Shown in pieces: positions 62,030 through 64,000 of a stretch of DNA of 64,000 nucleotides (position 1 is its first letter; every line of letters begins with the position of its first letter). The stretch covers positions 512,001 to 576,000 of the forward strand of contig CAVTTN010000002.1 in the NCBI GenBank assembly GCA_963737655.1. The letters run 5' to 3'. This stretch comes from an uncultured Planctomycetota bacterium (GTDB taxonomy: Bacteria > Planctomycetota > Planctomycetia > Isosphaerales > Isosphaeraceae). Under the pieces are notes generated by a model, which worked only from the letters and a program-made list of their open reading frames with translations, was not told the origin of the DNA and did not search any database. The position numbers and the translations under genes are program-made.

Positions 62030-63811
62030 ATGAGGTTCAAGGAATGGCTCGAAGAGACTGACTGGCTCGACAACCCCCTCCTCGGAGGGATGCTCGCCCT
62101 CCACCGCTGGTTGGAGGAATTCTTCGAGGCGAGCGGCGGCGGGCCGATCACGCTGGAACCGGGCCAGCAGGATTTCAGGCTCGACCATCCCGGTCGCCAC
62201 CTCGACAAGATCCTTCCCGCCGCTTCCGATGGTGGACCCCGCATCATCCGGGGGCCGGACAGCAACTTCCTGATCCCCCTGGACAGCCTTGACCGGATTC
62301 AAGGGATGAACCCCCAGGACGTCCCGAAGTTGCTCAGCCATTTCGTGAGAGATCAGCCCTACATCGCCGCCTTCGCCCAAGCCAGCCCCGAGAACATGGC
62401 GTCGGCGATCATCTTCGTGCTCCTGACGATCCGGGCCGACTTCATGCAGGTCATGCAGACCTTCCCGCTCCTGATGTCCGTCCTCATGACGCACTTTCAG
62501 GACAAGCCGATGGCCCCCGGCGAATTGGAGGCGAAGCTGGGCGAGATGATGGAGAGACATGCGTCGATGTCTCACCCCAACCTTCGGGTCACGAGCAAGA
62601 CTGGCAAGGTCTACCGGAGGGGCTACGGTGTCGGCGGGCAAATCTTCGGCTTCAAGTACGAGGGAGTCACCGACGTCTGGAACCGGAGGGAGGCGATCTA
62701 CGGATCGATCATGAACCTCGTCGCCAAGAAGGACACGATCGCCGTCTTTGAGTACCTCCTGTCCACCATGAAAGGGCTCGCCCAGGCGAAGGCGGGTTTC
62801 TGCGTGCAACTCATCTTCGGCGAAATGGGCTGCATCGACATGCATAACGTCAATTCGTACAGCCAGTTCTACCTCGACCGTGGGCAGCCCCGCTCGAAGG
62901 CCACCGTCTTCCAGCCCGATCACCTCAACGGCCTCTACATGCGGTCCCCGGCCTCGAAGCGAGACCTCAACATGTACAACGCCCTCGACCCGAGGAAGTT
63001 CAGCAGCAAGCCTATGCTCCCCGGACCCAGGCCGTCGGGCGTTGTCGATGCCCGGCAGATGCGGACGTGGGGCAACCGGACCGAACGATTCAAAGGAAGC
63101 GTGAAGGCTTATGTTGACGTGCTGAGAGCGCTGGAGAAGGACGGGTTCACCACGATCAAGTTGTGGGACATCTGGGTCTCGTACGTCGCCAATGCCTACA
63201 CGAAGGTCTCGCCGAGGAAGGATGCCAACGGCGACGAGGACGGAGGCTCCCGGTACGCCCGAGACGGCCTGCTGGCGGGAAACCCGCTCGACACGGCGAG
63301 CGACCCGACCGACGCCCGGATCATGAAAACGAAGGGGCCGATCCCGGACCGGAACACGTTGTTGACGCAGGCGAAGAACATCCGGTGGGTCAAGGACCCA
63401 CAGACGGGCATCCTCAGGCCGATCAAGAAGGACAACGACCAGTCGAACCCGCTTGACACGTTTTCTCTCGATGGGATGGACATGGAACCCAGTGCCGGGG
63501 CGGCAAGCCTTGCTCACGGTGCGACGTGGTGGTGGAGGACGCCTGGGTACTGGTGGGATCTCATACGCCAGGCCCAGGGTCATCGGGCGAAGGACGGCAT
63601 CCGCTACTCCTCCGACGACTGGGCCGGGCCGATCAGCGATGTCGCCAAGCCCCTGGCCTACCTGGCGACCGAGCCGGAGATGCTCGACGCCCTGTTCCCC
63701 GACAGGGACGAGCGGCGGCGGTTCAAGAGGGAACTGGACGATGTGCTGAAGCGGCACGACTTCTGGGCGAAGAAAGACTACAAGCCGAGCAAGGCGTCGA
63801 GGTCGAACTGA
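62030..63811 (+). CDS. 593-aa protein with an HhH-GPD DNA-glycosylase-like core
   Basis: MKGLAQAKAGFCVQLIFGEMGCIDMHN resembles a helix-hairpin-helix followed by the Asp motif; family call uncertain. Confidence 0.55.
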   Translation: MRFKEWLEETDWLDNPLLGGMLALHRWLEEFFEASGGGPITLEPGQQDFRLDHPGRHLDKILPAASDGGPRIIRGPDSNFLIPLDSLDRIQGMNPQDVPKLLSHFVRDQPYIAAFAQASPENMASAIIFVLLTIRADFMQVMQTFPLLMSVLMTHFQDKPMAPGELEAKLGEMMERHASMSHPNLRVTSKTGKVYRRGYGVGGQIFGFKYEGVTDVWNRREAIYGSIMNLVAKKDTIAVFEYLLSTMKGLAQAKAGFCVQLIFGEMGCIDMHNVNSYSQFYLDRGQPRSKATVFQPDHLNGLYMRSPASKRDLNMYNALDPRKFSSKPMLPGPRPSGVVDARQMRTWGNRTERFKGSVKAYVDVLRALEKDGFTTIKLWDIWVSYVANAYTKVSPRKDANGDEDGGSRYARDGLLAGNPLDTASDPTDARIMKTKGPIPDRNTLLTQAKNIRWVKDPQTGILRPIKKDNDQSNPLDTFSLDGMDMEPSAGAASLAHGATWWWRTPGYWWDLIRQAQGHRAKDGIRYSSDDWAGPISDVAKPLAYLATEPEMLDALFPDRDERRRFKRELDDVLKRHDFWAKKDYKPSKASRSN

Positions 63812-63852
63812 ATTTTTAGACTCTGAAGCAGGTGTTGTCTGGAGGGCTCACG

Positions 63853-64000
63853 ATGACGGACGAATTCGATGAAGACGGTGAAGAGTTGCTCTACGAGGGT
63901 GCCCAGTGCTGCCGGTGTGATCTGGATCTCGACCCTCGGAGCGGCTACTGCCCGAACGACCGATGCCCCTTCAACGGTCGGCATCAGGGCGAGATCGTGC
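63853..64000 (+). CDS. partial Cys-rich protein running off the window end
   Basis: GGAGG RBS; MTDEFDEDGEELLYEGAQCCRC...YCPNDRCPF. Confidence 0.5.
   Translation, partial: MTDEFDEDGEELLYEGAQCCRCDLDLDPRSGYCPNDRCPFNGRHQGEIV

Larger units (their letters stand above)
24959..64000. mobile_element. integrated genomic island / integrative element at tRNA-Arg; right end not in window
   Basis: Tyrosine integrase 313 bp after the tRNA, followed by xis-like, MTase, XRE, cargo and phage/plasmid-like genes; no housekeeping genes afterwards; no repeat of the tRNA 3' end found. Confidence 0.75.

Overview
GC-rich bacterial DNA, very probably from a planctomycete (Isosphaeraceae-like, judged from the LEPLExRxLxA N-terminus of the giant protein). 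The first 25 kb look like host chromosome: tRNA-Leu(GAG); one ~19.9 kb minus-strand gene for a ~6,600-aa secreted repeat protein, split by two single-base frameshifts; a GT2-rmlB-rmlC cluster; and tRNA-Arg(ACG). From the tRNA-Arg 3' end to the window edge the sequence looks like one large integrated element (or nested elements), and no attR was found. It has three parts. (i) A core module: tyrosine integrase, a ubiquitin-like/HTH/HTH fusion, an ATPase-HTH protein, a DNA methyltransferase, DUF5131, an intact 1,613-bp IS and an XRE regulator. (ii) About 19 kb of small, partly decayed cargo genes, including two R2K-type ATP-grasp genes, a macro domain and a four-gene RNA repair operon (kinase, Thg1-like polymerase, RNA ligase, HD-Pnk). 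(iii) A phage/plasmid-like module: a tandem-wHTH Rep-like gene beside a hairpin-rich noncoding region, an orphan RuvB-like ATPase, a HAD protein and an HhH-glycosylase-like protein. The most striking observations are a linker pattern that parses the 48 NHL-like blades of the giant protein into eight six-bladed propellers, three of them discontinuous and nested; the Ubl-excisionase fusion; and the RNA repair operon. All family calls come from motif recognition by eye, with no database search. At least eight single-base indels may be sequencing errors.
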